Positions 27,185 to 40,955 of a DNA stretch of 64,000 nucleotides are shown here, piece by piece. Within the stretch, counting starts at the first letter, position 1, and each line of letters starts with the position of its first letter. The position numbers were made by a program, and so were the translations under genes. This DNA is from Antedon mediterranea (taxonomy: Eukaryota > Animalia > Echinodermata): assembly GCF_964355755.1 (NCBI RefSeq), contig NC_092678.1:11592352-11656351 (forward strand), read 5' to 3'. Under the pieces are notes generated by a model. The model searched no databases. It worked only from the letters and a program-made list of their open reading frames with translations, and was not told the DNA's origin.

Positions 27185-27952
27185 TTAGCATCATGTATAA
27201 TGCATACTCGTGGTTTGAAATCTTTGTTTACTTTCGCTTGTGATGATTTTCCAGACGAAATGTAATCAAATTAATTTACCTGTTAATTACGTAAACTTGT
27301 TGTTTTTGGCTCGAATTTTAGACTTAAAGTGAATACCTTTAATATTACTTTGATATGGCCAATTTAAATTTAGAATATTTTTTTTTCATTTTTTGTGTTT
27401 CAAGGGACAATACATCTTTAAGGCAATTAGAGCAAATTTTAAGGCAAACATTTTTGGCCGATTTTTCCTCTATAACAGCTACGTGTTTTTGCTGACCGGG
27501 ATTTCCCTTTTATAAAAAAAAAAACAAAACACGCATTTATTATAGGGTGTCAAATAGACAACAATTTTGATCTGCATGCTGGCTACATTTCAATAAGACG
27601 GTTAATTATAAATTAACTGAAATGCATTTTACTACAGAAAAAGAAAATCAACTTTTGGAGTGTTATGACGTCAAACGTCACCTCATACTCTAGTCCGCTT
27701 ACGATACGAAAGTCATGCATCAACGATGTTGACATCTGACCAATCAAATTTACTCGTGCATACCAGATGTATGTATTGTGCCCAAATCAGTGACACTTTA
27801 GTTTGAAACGAAAGCGTTGTTAAGTAAATCTGAACACTTTGCGATACATAAGCAGAACTCCATGAATATGAACATACCCTAATTGAAGGTTAAGTACAAT
27901 CAAAACATTTCATAATGCATACAATCAACATAATTTATTTATGAATACTTAC

Positions 27953-28023
27953 TCGCCCGACCACAACTGGGAAAGCCATTTCACCCGATGCTGCTCCTAT
28001 TACAACACAGCTCGTAACAAATC
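27953..28023 (-). CDS. MFSD4A: MFSD4A-like exon
   Basis: tttacAG|(G)FVTSCVVIGAASGEMAFPVVVGR|GTAAGT; 71 nt, phase 1 to 0; carries the GxxxGEM motif of the MFSD4 family. Confidence 0.92.
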
Positions 28024-29430
28024 CTGTAAAACAATTAAAGTGTGTATATTATTAAATGATTATACAATGTTAATGCTGTGTTTTGTTTTTTACAATGAAT
28101 AAAATTAGGTTCAAATGCAAAGACTGACTTTTATAATATTATAGTAGTGTCTGTCTTCCACAGAAAAGGTTCAGCAAATAGTATAAACACATCTAAAACA
28201 AATCAAATATATGAACATTTTGTTCTGCAGATGTTAAAATGGCTAAAAAGAGCAAGTTCATTCTCGTGTCTTTTCAATATGCATAACAAAACTATCATGA
28301 CATACTCTTCTATAAATAATTAATAAAAAATCTAACAACCATCGTGAACAGTTTAGAAGATTAACCTATAAATTGATAGTGAAGACAACTTCCTGCTGCC
28401 CTCTATAATAGAACATGCACAACTTTTGTTCATTATTGATTATATTTGTTCTTTTTATGACATAACCCAATAAATAAACAAACATTTGATTTGAATGTCT
28501 ATCTTGGTAAGATAAAATATGCAACAGAAGCTATTCATTTTTTAAAAACTGTTGAACTTCTTTAATGATGTATGTTTATTAAAAACATCTTTGGTTGTAT
28601 AATTGGTGACTTTGTTGAATGTTTTAAATAAAGTACTAAAAAATGTACTTTTAAATGTTCTAAATGTTTAAAAAAATAAAGAAATATGTCCATAGACTTA
28701 TATATCTATCTATTATATGAACACAACAGGCAAAGAACATTAATTCCAAACCGGCCAATGATATACTGAAATTTAATAAATATATATACTTGCCTCATGT
28801 GTTTATACTTATACTTCTTATATATCTATTTTCATATTTTCTGTGAACTCTAATTTTAACATAAGCCATTTAACTTTTTAACCAATAAAGTGCGCATGAT
28901 CAGTCATTATCAAACAACCAGAAACATAATAACATCAAAACAATTTTTCCTTCAGGTCAAAGGTTAAAAATTATCTGATTTAAATGAGATAATTATCAGT
29001 TTTTTTGGATAGGCAATTTATCGGTTAATTTTTATCAGTTAATTATCAGTTAATTTTGGCTATGGAAACACGGCCATAGAGAGAACTTTGTAAGCTATTT
29101 TTGTGACTATTAACATGGTACATTAGACAAGAGCCAATAAGGCTTGTCAATCTGTTTTAAAAAGTAAAATCAAAGATTTATGAGATTTCTGTAATTGATA
29201 TTCGACATTCAAGCAATTTATTTTAATTTTTGAGGAAAAACTTTATTTTATACATTTAACGATTATAAATAGTAAGTAATTAATAAAAAAATTGACAGCC
29301 AAAAACCATTCAAGATATCAAGGGACAGAACAAATACTGAACTGCTTTGTGATATTTTAGCAAAATATTTATCAATTTAAAAATGATATCATCATGATAT
29401 TATTAAGGCTTAATTATTAAACAAAGAATA

Positions 29431-30623
29431 AACTAGATTTGAACTCGTCACGTTGACGAGTTAGGCTATCGCCCAACGCATCGTAACACGCACATGTTAT
29501 TTATTATGCTTAGTCTACAATAGGCTGCACTACAACGATTGTAAAGAACAGCTGGAATACATCAAAATCGTTTAATAAGTGTCAACAGTTGACGGTATTA
29601 GCATTGTAAACGGTTTAGTTGACGGTTATTTTTTATTTTACACCACTCACGTTTATTCAATTGTTTGAAAATGATGACCTTTTCAAATTAAAAAAAAAAG
29701 TTTATAAGTCTAAAAAGGAATTATTTTAGTAATAAAATATTGAAAATTGGAAGAAAATTGATAACGTTTACGTGGTATGCGCTCTATTGAATGTGACGAA
29801 CTGTGTCGAAACAGACAAAATCCCTATATTTTACATTTGTGTGGCCATACGATGACGTCACAACAGCCCAGAGGTAAAAATTTTGCATGAATTCATATCT
29901 ACAATATATCTGCTTACATATTAGGTTAAAAAAATTGGGGGTCACCAGACATCCCGGAGAGCTATAATCGATTCAAAATAGGCATATTTTTACACAAATT
30001 TGCATAAAATTACCAATTTTCAAGCGCACGATTTTTAAAGTTTGACGTGCACATGTGTCATTATTTTGCATTCATAATTCATCAAATATGAAAGAAATAT
30101 ATCATAAAACTATGAAAAACAATAATCAAGCGCAAAAACGGGCTTTCTAGGCTGCGTACGAGCGAAGTGCGCAATAGCGCAATTTTTTTTTTAAAATGTG
30201 AAATGCTTAAAATGTCCTGAAACGTGTAGAAAGTTGATTAGAAATTGATTTTGAGCATTTTTAACTTTCAAAGCGCGCGTACGCGCGATTTGACCAATGT
30301 TCAAAATTTTGCTGATGATACAGGAAGATGACCCTTGACATGAAGCATACGTGTGTCAAGTGGTATTTAAAAATAGCTATTGGTTTTCAAGTTATAGTCA
30401 ATCTAAGAATTTCAGAAAATCGCGCGTAGTTACGCTACGCGACCATATTTTCATTAAACCAAAGTTTGTTGCACAACTACATATATACGTGCATCTGCTG
30501 GCCAAGTTACAACATAACTGCTACCGCCGTTTTTGAGATCTGCGTGACACAAAAATTGAGCAGAAAAAATGAAATTTGTGACAATAACAATAGGCTATCG
30601 CTCTACAGAGAGCGATAGCCTAA
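29431..30623 (-). mobile_element. HINE copy C (divergent subfamily)
   Basis: AACTAGA, hairpin AACTCGTCA-CGT-TGACGAGTT and subTIR AGGCTATCGC; far-end palindrome AGGCTATCGCTCT-ACAG-AGAGCGATAGCCT; interior shares gtgtggccatacgatgacgtcaca with copies A and B. Confidence 0.8.
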
Positions 30624-30779
30624 TTAGTCAACTCCCTTACAAAAATTACCCAACTAATTGTTAAAAAGCTGTATAACATACTGTAGACAATTTATTTTAC
30701 CTTTACATAGGATTGAAAGTCAAAATGACAGACAGATGTTTTAACAAATTTCATAAAGAAGTTATAAGCAAAATATATA

Positions 30780-31848
30780 CCATATTTAGTCAATTAAACA
30801 TCCTCTTTGAATAAACGTCTTGCTCGGATAAATGCCCCTCCCATCCACCATAGAACATCATTTTGAATAAACGCCCCACCCCCTTCAAATAAACGCACCA
30901 GGGCCAAGCCACATATACACAATATTGTATCACATATTTTTATTTTTCATTGATTGACAATGGAATCTACAATTTACCAAGCATTCTGTTTTTACTGTAT
31001 CACTTCTCGATATTAATTATATCGTACTATATAGTATTCTGTATTTTTTCATATCTATGGATTATTTATTTGATTATTTATTTGATTATACATGTTACCA
31101 TATTACACCCAAAAAAATCAACGCCTTCCTCGAATAAACGCCACCCCCACCCACCAGAAACATCCTGAACACTTCAAATAAACGCCAACCCCACCCACCA
31201 CAAACATCCTGAACACCTCAAATAAACGCCACCCCCACCCACCACAAACATCCTGAACACCTCAAATAAACGCCACCCCCACCCACCACAAACATCCTGA
31301 ACACCTCAAATAAACGCCACCCCCACCCACCACAAACATCCTGAACACCTCAAATAAATGTCACCCCCACCCACCAGAAACATCCTGAACACCTCAAATA
31401 AACGCCACCCCCACCCACCAGAAACATCCTGAACACCTCAAATAAACGCCACCCCCACCCACCAGAAACATCATGAACACCTCAAATAAACGCCACCCCC
31501 ACCCACCACAAACATCCTGAACACCTCAAATAAACGCCACCCCCCACCCACCAGAAACATCCTGAACACCTCAAATAAACGCCACCCCCACCCACCAGAA
31601 ACATCCTGAACACCTCAAATAAACGCCACCCCCACCCACCACAAACATCCTGAACACCTCAAATAAACGCCACCCCCACCCACCAGAAACATCCTGAACA
31701 CCTCAAATAAACGCCACCCCCACCCACCACAAACATCCTGAACACCTCAAATAAACGCCACCCCCGCCCACCACAAACATCCTGAACACCTCAAATAAAC
31801 GCCACCCCCACCCACCACAAACATCCTGAACACCTCAAATAAAAACGG
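30780..31848. mobile_element. Degenerate pogo/Tigger-like MITE hosting a minisatellite
   Basis: TA|CCATATTT ... AAAACGG|TA with repeated subterminal AATAAACGCC motifs. Confidence 0.55.
31133..31843. repeat. Minisatellite, 44-bp unit AAATAAACGCCACCCCCACCCACCASAAACATCCTGAACACCTC, ~16 copies
   Basis: Seen directly. Confidence 0.95.
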
Positions 31849-33567
31849 TATATATTTGATTAACAATAACACTAAAGATAATAATAATAATAATCAGGGC
31901 CAGCGGAATATTTTAAATACTGTGACTTTTAGTTATTTAAATTGAAAGAATTTATTGAAATACAGCATGCAGCAGTGGATTCAGAATGTTGGAAAACAGG
32001 TTTAGAGAAGGCAAGAGAAGGTTAAGACCAAAAAATAGCAAGATGAATGCTCCTAATCAGTATTTTAAAAATTGCATATAGATTTCATCAAATAAAATGG
32101 AAATCTTTTTAAAAAGTCAATAATCATATTCAAAACAATATACCTTATAGATAATTAATCATCTTTTTATATTTCCCTATTATAAGTTATAAGTCATTTA
32201 TGAGTGATATATGTTGCTAATATAAAATTGATTTATCTGTCAACATGTCATTAGAAATCATATTTGATTGTATATTTTACATAATTTTGTGCAGAAACCA
32301 TACATGACTATCAATTGGTTTTTATAAAGGAAATTAATAATGCAGGTTTACTGATTAGATAGCTAATCAGTGCTGGATTGAAATGCTAAGCTTGCTCACT
32401 GAAATATAGAAACAAAACAGACAGTTGAGAGCTGAACCATACTGTTCAAATGAACTGATGGAGAATTTAAAAAATGGAAACTTTCATACTTTTTAATACA
32501 ATTTGACAGCTTTCATAGGCCTAACAACATAGCAGTTATATCAGCTATGAATTTAAACAGAAAACTTGAACTGTAGAATTATTTTTAATCTGGTTTGGTA
32601 ACTATAAATTCAACATGCAATGTATCGCCCAAGGTAAGATTTAATTGACATAGTTTCTCATCATGAAACTACAGTATGTAAGAGAAAAGTAAAATCTTAT
32701 AAAATTAAGCCTTTATAGAAGTCATTATAATTATTTTCTAACACTCGGCCGGCACACTCAAATAGCCATGTTCAAAAATAGAACTATTGTTTGTGATGTA
32801 CAGGTAGGTACATGATGTCTTGAACTATGTGGCTTAATATGGTGGATTTAGAGGGCATGTACTCCATTATATATTTCTTTTCAACAAATTAAAAATACAC
32901 AAACCAAACGCCCAGGCTATGTTCGTGCCAGGGTGCAATGCTGGATTGTTTTTTTAATTATATATCATTTTTAATTCAATTTTGTCCTCAAATGTGCTAA
33001 ATGATCTCCTAACTCCCACCAAATCCCCGGACTTTTTGAAATGTAGTTTAAAACCTTCCTGGTACAATTGCGATCATTTTGATACTCCATAATGTATGGT
33101 TACATGCAGAAACAGAAATTTGTATAGCGAACAAACATCGAAAGTGGGCCATTTTGACCACATTTTGACCCCTAACTTAGATTTTAGATGGCGGATGATG
33201 TTCAAATATAGTTTAGAACTTTCTCGGCACAATATATAAGGTTACATGCAGTAACAAAAATTTGTATAATGAACAAATAAACAAACGTACAAACTCTCTC
33301 ACTTATAATATAGATATTAAAATGCAAATACCCACCCTACCAACAGAGCACTATGGGAACTGAAAACAGTTAGTAGTGAAAGAATCCACTCAAGAGGACT
33401 AATATGATTTGTACATAATAATACCCAGAGGAAGTTATTAAGTCATAATCAACAGTCTCACTTTAATAGCCTGCAAGCAAATATCTGAACTACTGCGAAT
33501 GATACAGAAGCAGTTATTTGTTTCCATTTGGTAATCACATTTTAATGATCACATCAAATATACTAAC

Positions 33568-33715
33568 CTGTCATGTGGATATATTGTTCTGCTAATGCGA
33601 TGACTGTGGGATATATACTACTGAGAAATAAGCCAAACATACTGGTACAAATGAATAAAGCGTGGGCATCATGACGAAAACTAAGTTCAACGGAAACAGC
33701 AATGAAACATCCAGT
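33568..33715 (-). CDS. MFSD4A: MFSD4A-like exon
   Basis: tcttttcAG|TGCFIAVSVELSFRHDAHALFICTSMFGLFLSSIYPTVIALAEQYIHMT+G|GTTAGT; 148 nt, phase 0 to 1; GLFLSSxxP motif. Confidence 0.93.
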
Positions 33716-36711
33716 CTGAAAAGATAAACAACACAAACATTGAACTGTAGTATTCTCATTCATACACTTGTACTTAAAACTGCAAAAAGAAAAGAAGCAG
33801 AACATTTTATAAACATCACCAGAGGGGATTGCATTTATCAGATGACTCTAAATATCAGGAGATTATCGGAAGGGTTGAAAGGTTTGGGTGAAAACATATA
33901 TTTTCTCTTATTCATTTCAAAGTAAATTGTTTCCTGAATACAGGTGTCCCTGTAATAATATTAATCAAAATGACTGAAATATTCCAATTTATACCTTAGG
34001 CCTACCTACCTACTTTGTTGCATTCACTTAACATCTTACCCATTTCTCTATTTGGAATTAAATTAGGTTTAATGATCTCTGAATTTAGATTTACTAGAGG
34101 GTGAGCTCGCTTCCCCTCTAGGAAGTGTAGACGATTGTTCTCGGAATGATAAAAATGTTCTCCTTGTACGTTTTCTGTCGGTTACCATTATTAAAAATGC
34201 TTGACATTCGTAAAACTAAACTACTCTGTTTCACAGTGTTTTAGATGATTATAAAGATACTTTACACTTAATAATAGATACACAAAATACATTTTTTTAA
34301 ATGAAATTTCATTTTGAATTTGTAATAAATTGCTTTTTCAAACAAATCTATCTATGTATAAATAATGTTTAATATTTGCCATGTGGAAAAAGCATTTTAT
34401 AAGAGATATTGAAAAATGCAAGCTAACTTCTCTTTCCTGGATACACAATATGCATGGAGAGTACATACATACTTATTTAACACATACTATTTTAAAAAAG
34501 AACACATCTTTGGTTTTGGAAGCTGGACTTATGTTTGCTTTTGGGGAATGCATCCCATGACAATGTGTATATACTGTACAGATATAACTTGTAGACTTGT
34601 AAATTAAAGAGGAAACAAACGATAAGTTTTTAGAAACAAGGTACTGTGTCAGTCTGTTTTAATTGCCAAATACCCACTATCTGAACTAGACACATTCTTT
34701 GTCTAGACAACCAAGCATGTGTTATATACATACACAGACACATCCAACAACGCGCACATGTGCAAACTATTGATAATGCGTGTGTAACAATTTGTGTGTA
34801 ACGATTTACATGTCTCTCTTATTATGTACCAGTGCCACCGCCGCCGACACACTTTTCAGCCAAAAGTGATACCCCGGCAGTAAGGTAGTAATTATTTTCC
34901 TTTAAAATCCTTCCCGAAGGAGTAGCTAGAAACATTATATATGATGTTCTGGAATTATTCAACCATGTCTCACTAAAAATTTTGTTAATACGATAACAGT
35001 AATTTGTGGTAAAAGATGATGGTGTATAGTAGTAAATCCACTGGCCAGACTCTTTCAAAGACGATGGTGAGAAAATTATAAAGTTCATGAATTTAGGCGC
35101 TCATAAATCAGTTTGATGCCTTATAGTTAGTAGTGTAGCAAGCTTAGCCTAGGCCTAGCCTAGGTGGCTAGTAGTAGGATAGGCTACATAACCACCAGAC
35201 ACCGACGATGTGTCGCGTTGTACCACACCAAGTTTTGAGTGCGATATGGCTGAGTGATTCCATCATTTCATCAAATATGTCATACTTCTGCTACCTCAGG
35301 ATCAACAGACAAGTGTCGCAAAGCGTGAACATTATTTAGTAAACGGATCATGCTAGCAGTGTAAAAGAAATCTGTCCAGATCAGGCATCTTGAACTTGTT
35401 TAACTTTAATATTGATAACGTTCACATTCTCCTGGGCCATATAGTAAAGCTTCTGTTTCATTCTCTAGAATATAATATGTATATAAATATGATTGTTCTA
35501 AATGATTGATGGCAGTATAAGTATTTTGCTTCAACAAGGTAGAAGATATTTACCAGGTTCAATGACAAGCTCAGATGAATTAAACTACAGGAAGAGGGAG
35601 TGAAATAATCTGTCAAAAAACAAAACATTCACAATAAAATGCTTGAAATTATGCATTTAGAATGTATATAGTATATGCAAGCTTAGAGCACTTTGCCTAA
35701 TTCTTGCAGGGAAGCTTAGCATACACTAGGCAGCTTATCAACAGCACTAAATTAAACCTTGCCTCAAAACTATATTGACCAATTTGTAAATTTTTTTTTT
35801 ACTTTGGTTGACTTTATTAAAAATAATCAGTTGTATGGGTAGAATAATTCCATGAGTTGAATAAAAATATTCTTCCCATTCAAGGAATTATTTATATTTG
35901 TATACAGTGACCAACAAATAGCAGAAGAATTAGCAATTGCCATGGGATAGGGCATCATTTGTCAGCATGTAGATATTTGTGGCCAGCATGAATGGGGGTC
36001 AGGGAGTGCAACTGACCTCCCAAAATAAATCATATAAGTAAAGAATATTACTTTATTGATATTAAATATATTTGACATTAAGATGAAATTTGGGAACATC
36101 TTACCCGGTGAAATTCGCAACTTAGATATTTCCGTTAGTTCTTTTAAAACCAAATTGTTAAATTATCTCAATACTTATTTCTAAAATTATTTTGATGTTG
36201 AAAATGTGTGTAGTTGGTAGCTTTCTTTAAACTTAATTGTAGAATGTAATTTTTGTTTGGTTTATTTCTGTGCACTATTCTGGGTTGCCCAACTAAGATA
36301 GGTGTTTAGCACCTGTTTGGTCTTTCCTTGCCTTTTATATTTGTTTTGTCTTCTTTGTATTGTATATGGCAGAAAATTGAATAAAAATATAAATAACACA
36401 ATTTAAATGTACCACAGAATGTCTTAACCTATCAGAATAATTTTGCAGTCAGATCCAGGGGTAGCGATTGCTTTGCGCTACCATTTTTAAAACCAAAATT
36501 AGATACGTAATACGAAAAATAGACATGCCTCAGTATAGCTGGAGCCCACTTGGCCAGAGTGTCTTCCTCCTCAATTATTAGCGCACTGTTTCAGAAATCT
36601 GGAATGATTTGTCACCAACTATCGTCGACCTATTGTGAATATGACTTTAATTGCTATTTCCATGACGGAGTTGTTGCATGGCCCAAAACCGGTAATTCCA
36701 AGCCTCATTGT

Positions 36712-37384
36712 GTTTATGGTTCAGGCAAACCCTCATTTAACATGCCTGTAGGCAGGGGGCGTTTATGGTTCAGGCAAACCCTCATTTAACATGCCTGTAG
36801 GCAGGGGGCGTTTATGGTTCAGGCAAACCCTCATTTAACATGCCTGTATGCAAGAGGCGTTTATGGTTCAGGCAAACCCTCATTTAACATGCCTGTATGC
36901 AAGGGGCGTTTATGGTTCAGGCAAACCCTCATTTAACATGCATGTATAGGCAGGGGAGCATTTATGGTTCAGGCAAACCCTCATTTAACATGCCTGTAGG
37001 CAGGGGGGAATTTATGGTTCAGGCAAACCCTCATTTAACATGCCTGTATGCAAGGGGCGTTTATGGTTCAGGCAAACCCTCATTTGACATGCCTGTAGGC
37101 AGGGGGAGTTTATGGTTCAGGCAAACCCTCATTTGACATGCCTGTAGGCAGGGGGTGTTTATGGTTCAGGCAAACCCTCATTTAACATGCATGTATAGGC
37201 AGGGGGCGTTTATGGTTCAGGCAAACCCTCATTTAACATGCATGTATAGGCAGGGGGCGTTTATGGTTCAGGCAAACCCTCATTTAACATGCATGTATTA
37301 ATAGGCAGGGGGCGTTTATGGTTCAGGCAAACCCTCATTTAACATGCCTGTAGGCAGGGGGCGTTTATGGTTCAGACAAACCCT
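36712..37384. repeat. Minisatellite, 49-bp unit GTTTATGGTTCAGGCAAACCCTCATTTAACATGCCTGTAGGCAGGGGGC, ~13.5 copies
   Basis: Seen directly. Confidence 0.95.
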
Positions 37385-38698
37385 CTTTTACAGCCAGCTC
37401 CTTAATAGTGAACCCTCTCTATTCAATATGAAACATCGAATAACAAATTTGTTTAATATTATTCATGTTTTATTATTATTATTTCATATGCATCCAGCAG
37501 CAAGTAACTTGCCAATTACAGGATGATTAATTAAATTTATCATGCTTATTATTATTTGTGAGTTACAACCCTGGCACTTGGTCAGAATTGGGCTTTGTTT
37601 GTCATTGGAAGACAAGCATGTTAACCACCAATCTACAGCTCCACTGTTTACATGGGAGTACAATTTCGGGCCATCTGACTACATGTCAGATCCTGGCTAG
37701 GCCCTGTTTACACTGGATCTTAACCCCCATCGTTTTTACTGGTGCTAGTTTGATGAGACACCTCTAGTAATATATTAAATCTATGTAAATAAACTAAACA
37801 TATGGACCTAAACACACGATTCATTGTGACTGTAATAATTTTTTATTACAAACATATGCCAGATATGGTAAATAAATGAAATAATATGGCATTAATAACA
37901 TAATATTGCATTTAGTTTACATTTTTTTGTAAATTAAACTTTCCGACTGAGAGAACATTTCCAAAGTAATATTTCGTTTTAAAAGCAAATACAATTCGCA
38001 TAGCCTATCAAACTGTAGCAATCAAATCAACTTGAAAAATAATTAATCAAATTGTAAGTCATTTGATGTTCACTTGAAACGTGAATATTGCTTTAACATC
38101 TGGTACGATTGCACTGATCTCAAACATCTTTAACATACAAATTTAAAACTTCTCCCACGATTGCAACACAAGTGTCTGTTATTGGGCAACGATTACTAAA
38201 TGGCTAAAAGTAATGTGTGGGTGGACAATTACATCCAGTTGATTATTACCTATTCTCACTTACATCATTAAATCTTAATGTTAATTAGTACATTGACCAG
38301 CATATGATATTTCTGGGTCATACAGTAACAAATGTTGTAAGATTGACTAAAAACACCATCCTTTAACAATTATATCTTCATGCTTTATCTGAATGTTTTG
38401 ATCAAATTTTTATATATTTCGGTATATTTATTCAACATATAAATATGTTACAAAAATTGAATTGCAGTAATAATATATACATCAAACTTAAAAAACATCA
38501 ACAAAGTTAAAAAAAATGGAAATGGAATATACAAAAAAATCCTGCCTGTTTAAAAAAAAAAGATGAAAATTCAGTGGATTTTATGGTATACAGACATAAA
38601 TATCATAACTATGTGTATTTTACAATTATTTATGTCGTTTCCATTGAAAATAAAATATAGTAATTGTATTTTTGTTCACTAAAACATTATTTACGGCG

Positions 38699-39389
38699 CT
38701 GTTGTAAACGAACCGCTAGCCTGAATCACGTCATGTTTGCTACCTATCTGTTGTAAACGAACCGCTAGCCTGAATCATGTCATGTTTGGTACCTATCTGT
38801 TGTAAACGAACCGCTAGCCTGAATCATGTCATGTTTGCTACCTATCTGTTGTAAACGAACCGCTAGCCTGAATCACGTCATGTTTGGTACCTATCTGTTG
38901 TAAACGAACCGCTAGCCTGAATCATGTCATGTTTGCTACCTATCTGTTGTAAACGAACCGCTAGCCTGAATCACGTCATGTTTGGTACCTATCTGTTGTA
39001 AACGAACCGCTAGCCTGAATCACGTCATGTTTGGTACCTATCTGTTGTAAACGAACCGCTAGCCTGAATCATGTCATGTTTGGTACCTATCTGTTGTAAA
39101 CGAACCGCTAGCCTGAATCATATCATGTTTGGTACCTATCTGTTGTAAACGAACCGCTAGCCTGAATCACGTCATGTTTGGTACCTATCTGTTGTAAACG
39201 AACCGCTAGCCTGAATCATGTCATGTTTGGTACCTATCTGTTGTAAACGAACCGCTACCCTGAATCATGTCATGTTTGGTACCTATCTGTTGTAAACGAA
39301 CCGCTACCCTGAATCATGTCATGTTTGGTACCTATCTGTTGTAAACGAACCGCTAGCCTGAATCATGTCATGTTTGGTACCTATCTGTT
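38699..39389. repeat. Minisatellite, 49-bp unit CTGTTGTAAACGAACCGCTAGCCTGAATCAYGTCATGTTTGGTACCTAT, ~14 copies
   Basis: Seen directly. Confidence 0.96.
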
Positions 39390-39677
39390 AAAAAATATAT
39401 CATCAACCGAAAGGAATTTTTATCTAGCTAATGGAAATTGGTTTTATTAAGGTTGCTAAAACTGCTGTCAAGACTGTGATAGCAAGACGCTCTCTGATTG
39501 GCCGATATATAATATGTTAATATTTGCAAATTAAGTCGTTATTCTCTAAATATTTTTTGTAAAAATAACATAATAATTAATACTATGTAACATATAGTGA
39601 TATCGTTTCAACTAATTTGCCGTTATTGAGGAGAAAATGGGCGAGTTTTGTCATAGTACCTTGTTGCGTTGATCAGC

Positions 39678-40039
39678 AGTAACGGGACGATTTGGCCCTG
39701 GGACGATGCGGCACACTTAAATTTATCGGCTTTGATATGCATTTATAAGCATAAAATAAGCTTTTTTCCCCAAAGACTATGGGGTAGTACTACTAGGGAT
39801 AAATATGCAATAAAGCAAACATTTTGAAAACATTGTTGGTAATTGAATATAAAATTACGTTTTTTTAGTAATATATATATATCAAGATTGTCAATATCAA
39901 TAAATACGGATTGTTAAAAACTGGATAAATACCAAAAAAATAAATACGAATTTGGTCTAAAGTGAGATGTTTCGGCCCACCAAAAATGGGCCTAATTGGC
40001 CCGGGCCGAATCGTCTCAGGACCGAATCGTCCCTGAATC
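39678..40039. mobile_element. MITE with a 9-bp TSD (Mutator-like)
   Basis: Direct repeat TTGATCAGC at 39669-39677 and 40040-40048; imperfect TIR GGGACGATTTGGCCCTGGGACGATGCGGC / GCCGAATCGTCTCAGGACCGAATCGTCCC. Confidence 0.65.
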
Positions 40040-40048
40040 TTGATCAGC

Positions 40049-40200
40049 TGGGCTACGCTAGGCCCGGTCCCAGCTAATGGGCTACGCTAGGCACATCTAA
40101 ATGGGCTACTCTAGGCCCAGCTAATGGGCTACGCTAGGCCCAGCTAATCAGCATAGCTAGGCCCAGCTAATCGGCATAGCTAGGCCCAGCTAATTGGCTA
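40049..40200. repeat. Short degenerate ~23-bp tandem repeat (GGGCTACGCTAGGCCCAGCTAAT)
   Basis: About 6 imperfect copies. Confidence 0.75.
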
Positions 40201-40504
40201 CTTCATTGTTGTCAAAATGAAAATTTCTTGAGCTAAAGGCGACTCGTATGTATTCATTAATAATTCATTTTAAAGCTTATTCAAGATAGATTACAAATAT
40301 ATAAAAATCTAACAAAATTACTATTTCGGACACTACGTCGATTTTGTGATGCCATGCCTCATATGTTATGCTCCCCCGTTTGAAAAATCCTGAATCTACT
40401 GGTGGACTAAATTTTTTTAATCAAATTCAAATGAGCCTTAAAGATATTCTAATGGTATGAAGTGATCAAGTGATTATTAAATGTAAAAAAATAAGAAAAC
40501 TTAC

Positions 40505-40678
40505 CAAGTTAATTAAAAGCATCATGGTAGGCGATAGTCGTGTTGATATAGGAATAGACACTAAGCGACCTAGAGCAAAACTACCCCAGTAAACTGATGT
40601 CAAGTAAGCTCCTGCAGACGATGACAGGTCTGCTATACTCTTCACAGCGTAAGTGTAAATGTAACCACCATAAGCTGC
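40505..40678 (-). CDS. MFSD4A: MFSD4A-like exon
   Basis: cattttAG|AAYGGYIYTYAVKSIADLSSSAGAYLTSVYWGSFALGRLVSIPISTRLSPTMMLLINL|GTAAGT; 174 nt, phase 0 to 0. Missed by the ORF track. Confidence 0.95.
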
Positions 40679-40716
40679 CTAAAATGATAAATAACATAAA
40701 CATCAACAATTTATAG

Positions 40717-40955
40717 GTAAAAAAGGTAAAGGTTCCGTGTTCATTCTGAACGTAGGGGAATAAGCTGTTAGCTCATTGTACTAAGCCTCGGCATTATGTG
40801 GTAGGGTGGCCAGTTCCTTTCCACGCCGCCTTTTTTCTCCCTAGCATTTTTAACTTGGTACTCATTTACAGCTAAGTGGACTGGGAGTTGTCGGGAATTG
40901 AACCCAGGTCTATCTGTGACAGTCAAGTGTCCTAATGACTCGGCTATCCAACTCC
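40717..40955 (-). mobile_element. tRNA-derived SINE with a Nin/Deu-like central domain
   Basis: Minus strand: A-box TAGCCGAGTCA, B-box GGTTCAATTCC, then CCACTTAGCTGTAAATGAGTACC and a CCTTTA-type tail. Confidence 0.7.

Larger units (their letters stand above)
23789..27417. mobile_element. Kolobok-like non-autonomous element (~550 bp of its own sequence) interrupted by HINEs
   Basis: TTAA|AGATGTATTGTCCC ... GGGACAATACATCT|TTAA: perfect 14-bp TIR, TTAA TSD and RR..YY termini. Confidence 0.85.
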
